Both the position numbers and the translations under genes were made by a program. 64,000 nucleotides of DNA, taken from an uncultured Chloroflexia bacterium (GTDB lineage: Bacteria; Chloroflexota; Limnocylindria; Limnocylindrales; CSP1-4). This document shows, one piece after another, positions 1 to 10,521 of this stretch; position 1 is the stretch's first letter; each line of letters opens with the position of its first letter. The stretch covers positions 1,504,001 through 1,568,000 of the forward strand of contig CAWFXA010000002.1 in the NCBI GenBank assembly GCA_963819655.1, written 5' to 3'. A model generated the notes under the pieces. The model worked only from the letters and a program-made list of their open reading frames with translations, had not been told where the DNA came from and did no database searches.

Positions 1-96
1 CGCATCCGGGCCGCCGGCCTTGAGCGACAGCAGCCCGGTCGTCGCGATGCCGAGGACAAGGAGCGCAAGCACTCGGTCGAGCGTCGCCAGACTCAT
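1..96 (-). CDS. N-terminal fragment of a membrane protein running off the window edge
   Basis: ATG at 96..94 gives MSLATLDRVLALLVLGIATTGLLSLKAGGPDA, hydrophobic and open to position 1; divergent from the eis-like gene. Confidence 0.5.
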   Translation of the reverse strand, partial: MSLATLDRVLALLVLGIATTGLLSLKAGGPDA

Positions 97-159
97 GACG
101 TGACCCAGTCTGCGCCTCGCGTCTGCGACAGGTCGATGACACGTGGCACGATTCACGGC

Positions 160-1398
160 ATGACCAACGAGATCACGTTGCGCAGCCCGCGGCCCGACGA
201 GCTGCACGAGTTCTGGCGACCGCTCGCGGACGCGTTCGCCGAGAGTCTGACCAAGGAGGAGATCGAGGCGGAGCGTCCGCTGCTCGACTTCGACCGATTG
301 ATCGGCGCATTCGACGGAGAGATACGAGTCGGGACAGCGGGTGCCTACACCTTCCGGCTGACCGTTCCGGGCGGCGAGGTCGGCGCCGGGGGCATCACCG
401 GGGTCGCCGTGCGGCCCGACTACCGGCGCCGCGGGATCCTGCGCCAGATGATGGACTGGCTGCTGGAGGACGCCCGGACGCGCGGCGAGCCGGTCGCGGT
501 CCTGACAGCCTCCGAGGCGGCCATCTACCAGCGGTTCGGGTTCGGCCAGGCATCGACTGCGTCGTCGTTCACGCTCGACGCGGCGCTAGCGGAGTTCGGC
601 GAGCCCGTGGATCTCGGTGACGGGGCGCAGATCCGCATGGTCGACACGGACGAGGCGACGGAGCTATTCGCCGCGGTCTACGACCGCGTCCGGCCGGGGA
701 TCCCGGGAGCGCTCGATCGGATCGAGCCGAAATGGCGGCTGTCACTCGTCGCCGACGCCGAGTGGATGCGACGCGGCGGCCAGGGCATCAAGTACCAGGC
801 GGTGATCGAGATCGATGGCGAGCCGCGCGGCTACGCGATCTATCGCATCGAGCACAGCTGGGGGCCGACCGGCCCGGCGTCGACGATGAACGTCCTCGAG
901 GTCACCGGCGTCGACCCGGCCGCGGAACAAGCGCTCTGGCAGTGGCTGTTGTCGATGGATCTCGTGCGCACGGTCGTCGGCCGCCGTGGGCCAGTGCCGC
1001 ATCCGCTCCAGCACTGGCTCCTCGAGCCGCGGCGGTTGAGCTTGACGATCACCGACGGGCTGTGGCTGCGAATCCTGGATCTGCCCGAAGCGCTCTCGGC
1101 GCGACGGTACATGGGCTCCGGCTCGCTCGTGCTCGACGTCGCTGACGACATGTTCGACTCGAACGCGGGCCGCTGGCAGCTGAACATCAACGACGGTCGA
1201 GCCGAGGTCGCGCGGACGAAGTCGGCGCCCGACCTGGAGCTCGACATCGGAACGCTGGCGGCGGCCTACCTGGGCGGCTTCCGGTTCGTCGACCTGGGAG
1301 TGGCGGGCCGCGTTCGCGAGTGCCAGCCCGGCGTCCTCCAGGCCGCGGACGCGCTGTTCACACCACCGCGAGCCCCCTGGAATTCGACGCCGTTCTGA
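160..1398 (+). CDS. Eis-family GNAT acetyltransferase with C-terminal SCP2-like domain
   Basis: GITGVAVRPDYRRRGILRQMM acetyl-CoA motif, LTASEAAIYQRFGFG, LWLRILDLPEALSARRY and C-terminal PW..PF typical of Eis; ATG 160 preferred as start. Confidence 0.9.
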   Translation: MTNEITLRSPRPDELHEFWRPLADAFAESLTKEEIEAERPLLDFDRLIGAFDGEIRVGTAGAYTFRLTVPGGEVGAGGITGVAVRPDYRRRGILRQMMDWLLEDARTRGEPVAVLTASEAAIYQRFGFGQASTASSFTLDAALAEFGEPVDLGDGAQIRMVDTDEATELFAAVYDRVRPGIPGALDRIEPKWRLSLVADAEWMRRGGQGIKYQAVIEIDGEPRGYAIYRIEHSWGPTGPASTMNVLEVTGVDPAAEQALWQWLLSMDLVRTVVGRRGPVPHPLQHWLLEPRRLSLTITDGLWLRILDLPEALSARRYMGSGSLVLDVADDMFDSNAGRWQLNINDGRAEVARTKSAPDLELDIGTLAAAYLGGFRFVDLGVAGRVRECQPGVLQAADALFTPPRAPWNSTPF

Positions 1399-1411
1399 TA
1401 GGAATTGCTGC

Positions 1412-2066
1412 ATGAACTACCAGTACTACGACTTCCGGAATGCGTTGGTAATCCTCCGGTCTCGCGCGAGCTTCGGAGAATTGGAAAGTGCGCTTCATTC
1501 GATCGAAGCCGAGCATGTCCTGGGAGCCTATTCAGCGATGTCGGAAGCGCGGGCAGGACGTAGGTCACGGCCGCCGGCAGGGGGCCAGGGCGCCCTGAAC
1601 CGAGTGATCGATGACCTTCTCTCGCGTGCCGGGTGGGAGTCGCAGCCGCCATTGTTTCGTGACCGGACCCTCGAGAAGTGGAAGATGGACTTTCGGAAGG
1701 AAGGCATCGGCGTCGAGGTGTCGTTCAACCACGCGGAGGCTATTCCGTGGCAATTCACGCGGCTCAACATCGCTGGCGAGTCTGATCGTGTCCTTGAGGA
1801 CAATCGGATTGACGTCTGGCGTTGTCGTGTGTGCCGCTCCGAGCCTCAAAGCATGGGCGCGGATGGACAGTGCCGTAGGTACCTTCGACCAATTCAAGGC
1901 GTGGCTCCGCGAGATGCGGCCGATCCTGCCGGTTCCGCTTCTACTTATCGGCCTCGAAACGGATGGTTGGCCGGCTGGGACGTTCCGAGGAACTGATACG
2001 GGGTCTCGGACCCGGATCGAGGCGACTGGTTTCGCCGCTGAATCTGGCCACCTGCTTCGACGATGA
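1412..2066 (+). CDS. BglII/BstYI-family type II restriction endonuclease, frameshifted near 1817
   Basis: MDFRKEGIGVEVSFNH (D..EV.F core), then IDV|GVVVCA...MDSAVGTFDQF...LPVPLLLIGLE in the next frame (extra T in GACGTC-T-GGC); visibly more AT-rich than flanks; next to vsr and a methyltransferase. Confidence 0.75.
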
Positions 2067-2460
2067 CGGAGACGTCAGCGACTAGCTCGTGCTCCCATGC
2101 TTCCAGAACTACCCAGCCGCTTGCCTCGAGGCGACCCCTCTTTCGCGCATCCCGCTCGCGATTGAGCTCGAACTTACGAGCCCAGAAGTCGGGGTTCGAC
2201 TTCGGCAGGATCGGGTAGCAGCGCGGGCAGTGGTGCCAGAAGCAGCCATGGACGAAGATCGCGACCTTGCGGCCGGGATAGGCGATGTCTGGCCGGCCCG
2301 GCGCCTTGCGCCAGTTGAGTCGATAGCCACCTAGCCCAGCTGCGCGTAGCGCCTCCCGAAGGCGCCGCTCAGGGCCCGTGTCCCGCGCCCGATTGGCGCG
2401 CATCACGTTTCGGACCGCCGGGCTCGTCGGCGGTGGATTCGGAAGCTGGAGGCCAGCCAT
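1945..2460 (-). CDS. vsr: very short patch repair endonuclease Vsr
   Basis: MRANRARDTGPE, PGRPDIAY, VAIFVHGCFWH, FWARKFELNRERD, GWVVLEAWEHEL; directly downstream of the C5 methyltransferase; 3' tail overlapping the REase is uncertain. Confidence 0.92.
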   Translation of the reverse strand: MAGLQLPNPPPTSPAVRNVMRANRARDTGPERRLREALRAAGLGGYRLNWRKAPGRPDIAYPGRKVAIFVHGCFWHHCPRCYPILPKSNPDFWARKFELNRERDARKRGRLEASGWVVLEAWEHELVADVSVIVEAGGQIQRRNQSPRSGSETPYQFLGTSQPANHPFRGR

Positions 2461-2462
2461 CG

Positions 2463-3887
2463 CTAGGAGGCAGCCGCCCGCTCCGTCTCGGAGACGGGCA
2501 CGGCCATCTCCATGATCAGCTCGTCGGCGATGCGCTCGACCAGGCCGACGACCAGGGCGTTGCCCATCATGAAGGCCCGCTTACCGTCAGACATCCCGGT
2601 CGTCCAGTCGCCGGGGAAACCGTCCAGCCGCTCCAGCTCGCGCGGCGTCAGGCGTCGATACCGGCCGTCCTCGGTCTGGATCAGGTGCTTGAAGCGCGAT
2701 GGTGTCGCGCCGCCCTCGCCGGTGAGGATCGTCCGCGACGGGCCGTCGATGTGGTCGGGGAAGGGGATCGAGCCCTCGTCGTACGTGTACTCATGCCCGT
2801 CGCGCGGCTGATCCTCGTCAGGCTCTTGGCGCCCTTGAGGAACCGCCACTTCTCGAGGTCCTCGCCCTCGACGAAGAACTGTGCCGGGACGTCCTCGGCG
2901 GGTTCGAGGATGTCGGCAAGGAGCGTCCGCTCGCCGACCCAAGCTGGACGGACGTCGTCGTCCAGACCGCCGCCCCACGACCGCCGAGCTGATTCGCATG
3001 ACACCGGCGTTGCCGAATGGCGTTCGCTTCGGCCCGACGTTGAAGGTGTCGCTGACGACCTTGACGTCACGGTCGAGCGAGACGGGCGTCCAGTCGAATG
3101 GCTCCTTGGCTCGCGAAGCGGCAAGGCCCGTGCGAGGACCCCGGACTGAGTCAGCTGGTCGTACGGACTGCCTTCGGCTCGCCCGAGCCGACCGATGATG
3201 AAGACTCGCCGCCGCTTCTGCGGGAAGCCGTAGTCGGCGGCGTTGACGACCCGCCACTCGACCTCGTAGCCGAGGTCCGCGAGCGACGCGAGCATCACGG
3301 CGAAGTCTCGACCGCGCTGGCCGCTCGGCGACTTGATCAGTCGGTCGACGTTCTCGAGGAACAGGTACTTGACCGGACGGCCCGCGGCGAGCTTCAGCCG
3401 AAGCAGTCGGTGGATCTCCCACCAGAGCACACCCTTCTTGCCGACGAGACCGTGCGCCTGTCGGAGGGTCTCTGGCGACCGAGTAGTCCTGGCAAGGGAA
3501 GCCGCCGACCACGAGGTCGACATCCGGGATGGTCTGGAAGGCGGCCCGTCGACCGACCGCGTTGACCTCTGACTCGTACTGGTCGAGGACCGTCGGCGAT
3601 GTCCTCGTTGACCGCCTCGTGCTCGGCCAGACCGAGGTCGGTCGACCTGGTGCGCGACGTCCGCGCAGCCCCCGACCGTGCGTCTGGAAGTCGCCGTCGC
3701 GGACATGTCGGACGTAGCAGTCGAAGGCGTGCTGGGCCCTCGTCGCTGGCTCCCACTGATTGCTCCAGACGACGTCAAAACCGGCGCGATCGAGTGCGAG
3801 ATGGAAGCCCCCGACCCCGGCGAATAGCTCGGCGACGGTCGGTCGGCGACCGGTCTCACCACCGGTCTCGAGGTCGGTATTGGTCAT
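2463..3887 (-). CDS. dcm: DNA (cytosine-5)-methyltransferase, M.Sau3AI-like, several frameshifts
   Basis: Motif I ELFAGVGG, SNQWEP...QHAFDCY, motif IV GGFPCQDYS, GKKGVLWW, motif VI LENVDRL.KSP..QRGRDF, motif VIII QKRRRVF, motifs IX-X RRLTPRELERLDGFP and MGNALV, spread over ORFs 2463..4622 and 2681..3862. Confidence 0.88.
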   Translation of the reverse strand: MTNTDLETGGETGRRPTVAELFAGVGGFHLALDRAGFDVVWSNQWEPATRAQHAFDCYVRHVRDGDFQTHGRGLRGRRAPGRPTSVWPSTRRSTRTSPTVLDQYESEVNAVGRRAAFQTIPDVDLVVGGFPCQDYSVARDPPTGARSRRQEGCALVGDPPTASAEARRGPSGQVPVPRERRPTDQVAERPARSRLRRDARVARGPRLRGRVAGRQRRRLRLPAEAAASLHHRSARASRRQSVRPADSVRGPRTGLAASRAKEPFDWTPVSLDRDVKVVSDTFNVGPKRTPFGNAGVMRISSAVVGRRSGRRRPSSLGRRADAPCRHPRTRRGRPGTVLRRGRGPREVAVPQGRQEPDEDQPRDGHEYTYDEGSIPFPDHIDGPSRTILTGEGGATPSRFKHLIQTEDGRYRRLTPRELERLDGFPGDWTTGMSDGKRAFMMGNALVVGLVERIADELIMEMAVPVSETERAAAS

Positions 3888-3985
3888 GCGGAGCCCTTCG
3901 TAGTCGGGGGGCGGGATGTCTGGAGTGTAGCCGATCCAGTTCATGGGATCAAGTTCGGACCCGTTTGCGACAGGTCCGATGTCGC

Positions 3986-4610
3986 TCACGTCAGCGCGAT
4001 CAACCCGTAGAGCTGCTCGCCCGTCGACTGCAGGAAGCCGCCGTTGAGCAGCGTGACAGACACGTCGTCGCGGTTCGGCCAGTTCGGGTCGTACAGGCGG
4101 ATCGTGGTCGGGCCGTCGGGGCCGGCTGTGTCGTAGCCGAACGCCAGCACCTGGTGATCCTTCGTCAGGTGGAACGGGTTCCAGCCGTGGTGCCGCACGA
4201 GGCCGACCATCGGCAGCCGGCCGGCGTCGATCGCGGCCCGGATCCTGCGGCCACTCGACGTGGAGCGTCCGGCGCCGCAGCCGTTCCGGCGAGGTGCCGG
4301 CCGACAGCCAGAACCGCAGCGGCCCGCGCATCCAGTCGAGGGACATGACCTGCCGGCGCACGATCGCCCGGAACAGCGGCGAGCCGTTGTCGGGCGCCGA
4401 CGTATCGGCCGGCATGGGGAGCCCGGTCTCGAAGCGTTCCCGCACGAACCAGCTCATCCCGCCGCACAGCCCCGCCTCGGCGTCGCCGACCCCGACCCAG
4501 CGCGGATCGATGAAGCCGAGGCGCACGGTCGGCCCCGGCGGGAAGCGGTTCGAGAAGTGCAGGCCATGGACCGACGGCAGGAAGCCCGGGACGGCCTTCG
4601 AATTCGGCAT
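3986..4610 (-). CDS. putative papain-fold cysteine hydrolase, frameshifted near 4245
   Basis: GLCGGMS (Cys), DHQVLAFGY (His) and IRLYDPN (Asp/Asn) in papain-like order; joins the start of ORF 2463..4622 to ORF 3986..4210. Confidence 0.6.
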
Positions 4611-4630
4611 GTCGTCGCGCATCCTACGCC

Positions 4631-4666
4631 TTGACCGACCATCACAGTCGATTATGATGATCGACT
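4631..4666 (+). promoter_or_regulatory. toxin-antitoxin promoter with palindromic operator
   Basis: TTGACC (4631-36), 16 bp spacer, TATGAT (4653-58); perfect inverted repeat AGTCGAT-N7-ATCGACT (4646-4666) straddles the -10 and abuts the antitoxin ATG. Confidence 0.7.
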
Positions 4667-5002
4667 ATGAGAATCGTGACGGCGATGGACCTGCGAAAGC
4701 GGCTCGGCGAGATCCTGGATGCGGCCTCCGCTGGCGAGCGCATCCTCATCGAGCGTGACCGCAAGCCGCTGGCTTACCTGGTTTCGGTCGAGGATGCCGA
4801 GCGCCTCGAGCCCGACAGGGGTGAGGTGACGCGCCGCCGACTGGAGGCGCTCGACCGACTCGTCGCGTTCGGCAAGGAGATGCGCGCGAAGTACCCGGAG
4901 CCGGACGACGGGCTGACCTATACGGAATGGCGGCGCCGGGACCTTGAACGACGAACGGATCAGATCATTCGCGCGTCGAAGAGCGGCAGATCCGGTACGT
5001 GA
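4667..5002 (+). CDS. Phd/YefM-family antitoxin
   Basis: VTAMDLRKRLGEILDAASAGERILIERDRKPLAYLV, the Phd N-terminal signature; GTGA overlap with the PIN gene. Confidence 0.88.
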   Translation: MRIVTAMDLRKRLGEILDAASAGERILIERDRKPLAYLVSVEDAERLEPDRGEVTRRRLEALDRLVAFGKEMRAKYPEPDDGLTYTEWRRRDLERRTDQIIRASKSGRSGT

Positions 5003-5532
5003 CGACGATGCCACCGCTCGTCGTCGATACCTCGGCGGCTATCGCGATCATCCGGGAGGAGCCGGCGGGCGCCGCTGCCGCGCGGATCACCAGGACCGCG
5101 GAGACCGCCGGCACGCGCGTGGTCGTGCCATCGCACTTCTGGCTCGAACTGATGAACCCGCTGCTGACGCGCTACCGATTCGGAGGCGTGGACGTGATCC
5201 AGGCGATCCACGAACTCGACCGACTTGGTTTGGAGACGATTGAGATCGACCGATCCTTGGTGTTCTCGACGCTGGACCTGGCCGAGCGTCATGGCCTGAC
5301 GGCGTACGACGCCATGTACCTTGCCCTCGCGATCTCCCTCGACGGTCGCCTGCTCACCTTCGATGAGCAGCTGTACTTGGCATCCGGCGCACGAGCCATC
5401 GCGATCGACGATGGACACCGCAGCGGCGAAACCACTGCAACGTACGAGCACGAGGTGACCTGGCCGAACTACAAGGAAGCATCGGCGTATCTCGCGCGGT
5501 TACGAGCGGATGCCCTCGAAGGCCGCGGCTGA
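4999..5532 (+). CDS. vapC: VapC-family PIN-domain toxin
   Basis: LVVDTSA, W.ELMN, HGLTAYDAMYLALA, LLTFDEQL acidic PIN tetrad. Confidence 0.9.
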   Translation: MTTMPPLVVDTSAAIAIIREEPAGAAAARITRTAETAGTRVVVPSHFWLELMNPLLTRYRFGGVDVIQAIHELDRLGLETIEIDRSLVFSTLDLAERHGLTAYDAMYLALAISLDGRLLTFDEQLYLASGARAIAIDDGHRSGETTATYEHEVTWPNYKEASAYLARLRADALEGRG

Positions 5533-5538
5533 TCCGGT

Positions 5539-7305
5539 CTAGGAGCCCTGGCCGACGGCTTGCGTTTGGGTCGACGTCTCGGGCTCCGCAGGCTCGGCGA
5601 CGGGGACCGCGACGTGAACGCGGACGATGGTCGGGTCGACGCCCTGGGCGGCAAGTGAGCCGATCTCAGGCGTCACGATGTCGACGACGAGCAGATAGTC
5701 GCCGGGTGCACTCGGCGCGAAGATCACGACCTCGGTCTTGGTGACGGCTCGAGGAGCGAAACCGGGTGGGAGTGCGGCCGCCCTCACGGATGCGGCGGCC
5801 GCTGCCTCGGTCTGGACCGGATCGTCGCCGCCGCCGAGCGACACCCACGTCCCGACGAGACGGGCATGGGTCGCCTTGGCGGAGCCGGTCGGGTTACGTG
5901 AGTTGTCGGCGGTCTTCGCGCCCGGGACGGCCTTCTGGCCCCATTCCTGGTGGCCGAGGTTCGTGACCCACAGCGTGAGCTCGTGGGCCGCGCCCGGGGC
6001 GATCTCGAGCACCTGGGGGCCGACGACGCCCGCGTCGTGCGGACCGGTCAGGCGCACGATCAGCGACGGCAGCATGGCCTGGCTCGTGGCGTCATAGGCG
6101 ACCCCCTCCTTGTCGTGGAGGCTCACCGACAGCCGATAGCGACCCGGCGCCGCCGGCGCGGTCACCCGGATGGACAGGTTCTTCCTGTCGATCCGAAGCG
6201 CGCTCGGCGCGACCACGTCGCCGATCCGTTCCGGGGTGACGAGGCCGAAATCGGGTGCGACCTCGGGGTCGGCCGCCGCTGACGCTGCGGGGTCGAGGGG
6301 ATCCCAGCGGACGCTCGCCTGGATGTCATCGGGCAGCTGGTCGCGGGACCGGATGGCGTACGGGATGCGGTACCACAGCGTCCCGCCCGCGACGGTCGAC
6401 CGGAGGGTCGGCATCTTGATCGTCAGGCCCGTCCCAGCGAGGCTCGGGACGAGCGACGCGGGATCGACGGTCGGGCGGCTGCCGGCGGCTCGACCGCGGG
6501 CGTGGCTGAGGACGTCCTTCGAGGCAAGGCCGCGCTTGAGGACGATCGAGCGCGTGAAGCCCGAGTCGCCGTGCTCCGGGTCCATCTCGGCGACGTACCC
6601 GTCGCTTCGAACGCTCTCGAAGCCGAACGTGTTGCCGTTCGCGCTCGGCGCATGGCGCCACGCGGATTCGATCCCGCCACGCCCCGCCAGTACGGACCGG
6701 ACCATGTGATTCGGGCTGGTGTACGCCTCGGCGACGACCGCCGCGGCGCCGGATCGGATGAACCCCGCGGCGAAGTTGTCGACGCGCTGCTTGGCCATCT
6801 TCAGCGTGCCCTCGGGCAGGCCCGGCTCGGAGTTCCCCGAGGCGTAGCAGAGATGGTTCAGCAGCACGACCGCATTGGGCGCCAGCCGGATGCTCTCGGC
6901 GATCCTGGACTCACCGAAGTACTGGTGGGTGCTGTCGCCGCTGCCGGCCGATGGGTTCAGGCCGAAGCCGTTCTGGCTGGGCGGGTAGAGCTCGTCCCGG
7001 TACCTGCTCGGCCAGCCGTTGCCGTGGCCCATGTAGATGACGAGGCTCGCTCCCTGGAGCGCCTGCTCCACGGCCGGCCAGGTCGCGTTCGGGGAGTAGA
7101 TCTCTGTGACGTCGGGCGTGTACCTGCGGGCCAGCGCGGCGGCCTTGCGCGCCTCGGCTCGGTAGCGGTCTGTTGCGCCGCCCGACGGTCCGACGACGAG
7201 GACGACCTTCGGGACACCGGTGGTCGACGGCGCGGCGAGAACGCCAGGCGCGACCAGACCTGCGCCTAGCAGAGCGGCGAGGAGTCCGACGATCAGCCGT
7301 CTCAC
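5539..7305 (-). CDS. secreted protein with caspase/gingipain-like (clan CD) domain and C-terminal Ig-like domains
   Basis: Signal peptide VRRLIVGLLAALLGAGLVAPGVLA; LVIYMGHGNG and VVLLNHLCYASG His-Cys dyad; beta-rich repeats ending APAAPGRYRL and APSAPGDYLL; GTG at 7305 with GGAG upstream. Confidence 0.6.
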   Translation of the reverse strand: MRRLIVGLLAALLGAGLVAPGVLAAPSTTGVPKVVLVVGPSGGATDRYRAEARKAAALARRYTPDVTEIYSPNATWPAVEQALQGASLVIYMGHGNGWPSRYRDELYPPSQNGFGLNPSAGSGDSTHQYFGESRIAESIRLAPNAVVLLNHLCYASGNSEPGLPEGTLKMAKQRVDNFAAGFIRSGAAAVVAEAYTSPNHMVRSVLAGRGGIESAWRHAPSANGNTFGFESVRSDGYVAEMDPEHGDSGFTRSIVLKRGLASKDVLSHARGRAAGSRPTVDPASLVPSLAGTGLTIKMPTLRSTVAGGTLWYRIPYAIRSRDQLPDDIQASVRWDPLDPAASAAADPEVAPDFGLVTPERIGDVVAPSALRIDRKNLSIRVTAPAAPGRYRLSVSLHDKEGVAYDATSQAMLPSLIVRLTGPHDAGVVGPQVLEIAPGAAHELTLWVTNLGHQEWGQKAVPGAKTADNSRNPTGSAKATHARLVGTWVSLGGGDDPVQTEAAAAASVRAAALPPGFAPRAVTKTEVVIFAPSAPGDYLLVVDIVTPEIGSLAAQGVDPTIVRVHVAVPVAEPAEPETSTQTQAVGQGS

Positions 7306-7505
7306 GACGGGCCGTGCTCCACGACAGGCACCCCCCAACGACCGGCGGTCACTCAAGACTCCGCCAGGCGATGAGCCTAGTCCAATCGGAGTCGACGACA
7401 CCATACTCATAGGGCGTTATCTGGCCCTTATCAGTTCGAAATCGAACACTAACGGTGCGCCCTGGCACCAAAGAGTCCACGCAGAGTCCGGCGTACCATC
7501 GGGCC

Positions 7506-9571
<2,066 letters not shown>

Positions 9572-9575
<4 letters not shown>

Positions 9576-10504
9576 CCCTGCGTCGAGCCGCCGGCCAAAG
9601 CTCCGGCGATCCCCGCCGCGAATCGATTCAACGCCGCGCCCATGGAGTCCGCGTGGTCGGGGTTGATCTCGGTGATAACCAGTCCACCGAACCGGGAGCT
9701 GCCCGCGAACACGGCGAGGCATTTCATCGCCTCATCGAGCAGCAGCCCTCGATCCTCCGGCTGGTCGGCGAGCGGGCAGTCCAGGAAGTCGAGCACGTCG
9801 ACATCGAAATGCACGAGGAACGGCCCGCCCTCGCGCTCGATCGCGACGCGAGCCTCGGTGGCAGCTTCGACAGGGCGACCGGCGACGACCTCGAGCGGGT
9901 AGCTGCGGAAGTCGTGCCTAGCGAACACGACCCCCTCGACATCCCGGGGATCCTCCGACGGCCGCACCGACACCGCGCTCTGACCGAAGAACATGACCTT
10001 GCCCGTCTCGAGCATCGGTGTGGTGGGGCCGAGGCCGGCGAGCTCGCGAGCGGCACCCGGCTCGTCCAGGAGGTGCGCCACGCCCATCGAGTCCATGTGG
10101 CCGGCGGGTTGCGTCTCGGGCACGTAGAGATCGACACCGCCGTCGACGTAGAGCAGGCTCGGATCGAGTCCGGCTCGCAGCATCCCAGCGACCACGCCGA
10201 CGGTGATCGTGCAGTCACCACCGACGACGAGCGGGATCTCGCCGGCCCGGACCACCGCGGCGATCGACCCGGCCACTTCCGAGGCGACAGACACGACCGC
10301 CGCAAGGTTCTGCGGGGTGCGCGTGGCGTGATCGGGACGCCAGCGAAACAGCGGCAGATCACCATGGTCACGCACCTCCAGGCGGTTCGCGTCGAGAAGC
10401 TCGAGCAGACCGGCGGCGCGCAGGGCGGCGGGGCCTTTCTCCTGCCCTGGAGTCCGGGCACCGGCACTCGATGGAACGCCAAGGAGCCCGAATGTCCGCG
10501 CCAT
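9572..10504 (-). CDS. arginase/ureohydrolase-family protein with atypical metal motifs
   Basis: GQEKGPAALR, GGDCTI, YVDGGVD, VHFDVDVLD, ITEINPD. Confidence 0.85.
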
Positions 10505-10521
10505 GCTCCTAGGATGGCGAT

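Noticed and set aside
160-1398. Antibiotic-resistance island (eis-like gene, plus the lnu/ant-like gene at 47379)
   Set aside because: Both belong to broad families common in soil bacteria, are 46 kb apart and have no mobile-element context; resistance cannot be inferred from sequence
2463-4622. 719-aa peptidase-methyltransferase fusion ORF
   Set aside because: Chimera created by frameshifts; it joins the papain-like gene, off-frame sequence and pieces of dcm
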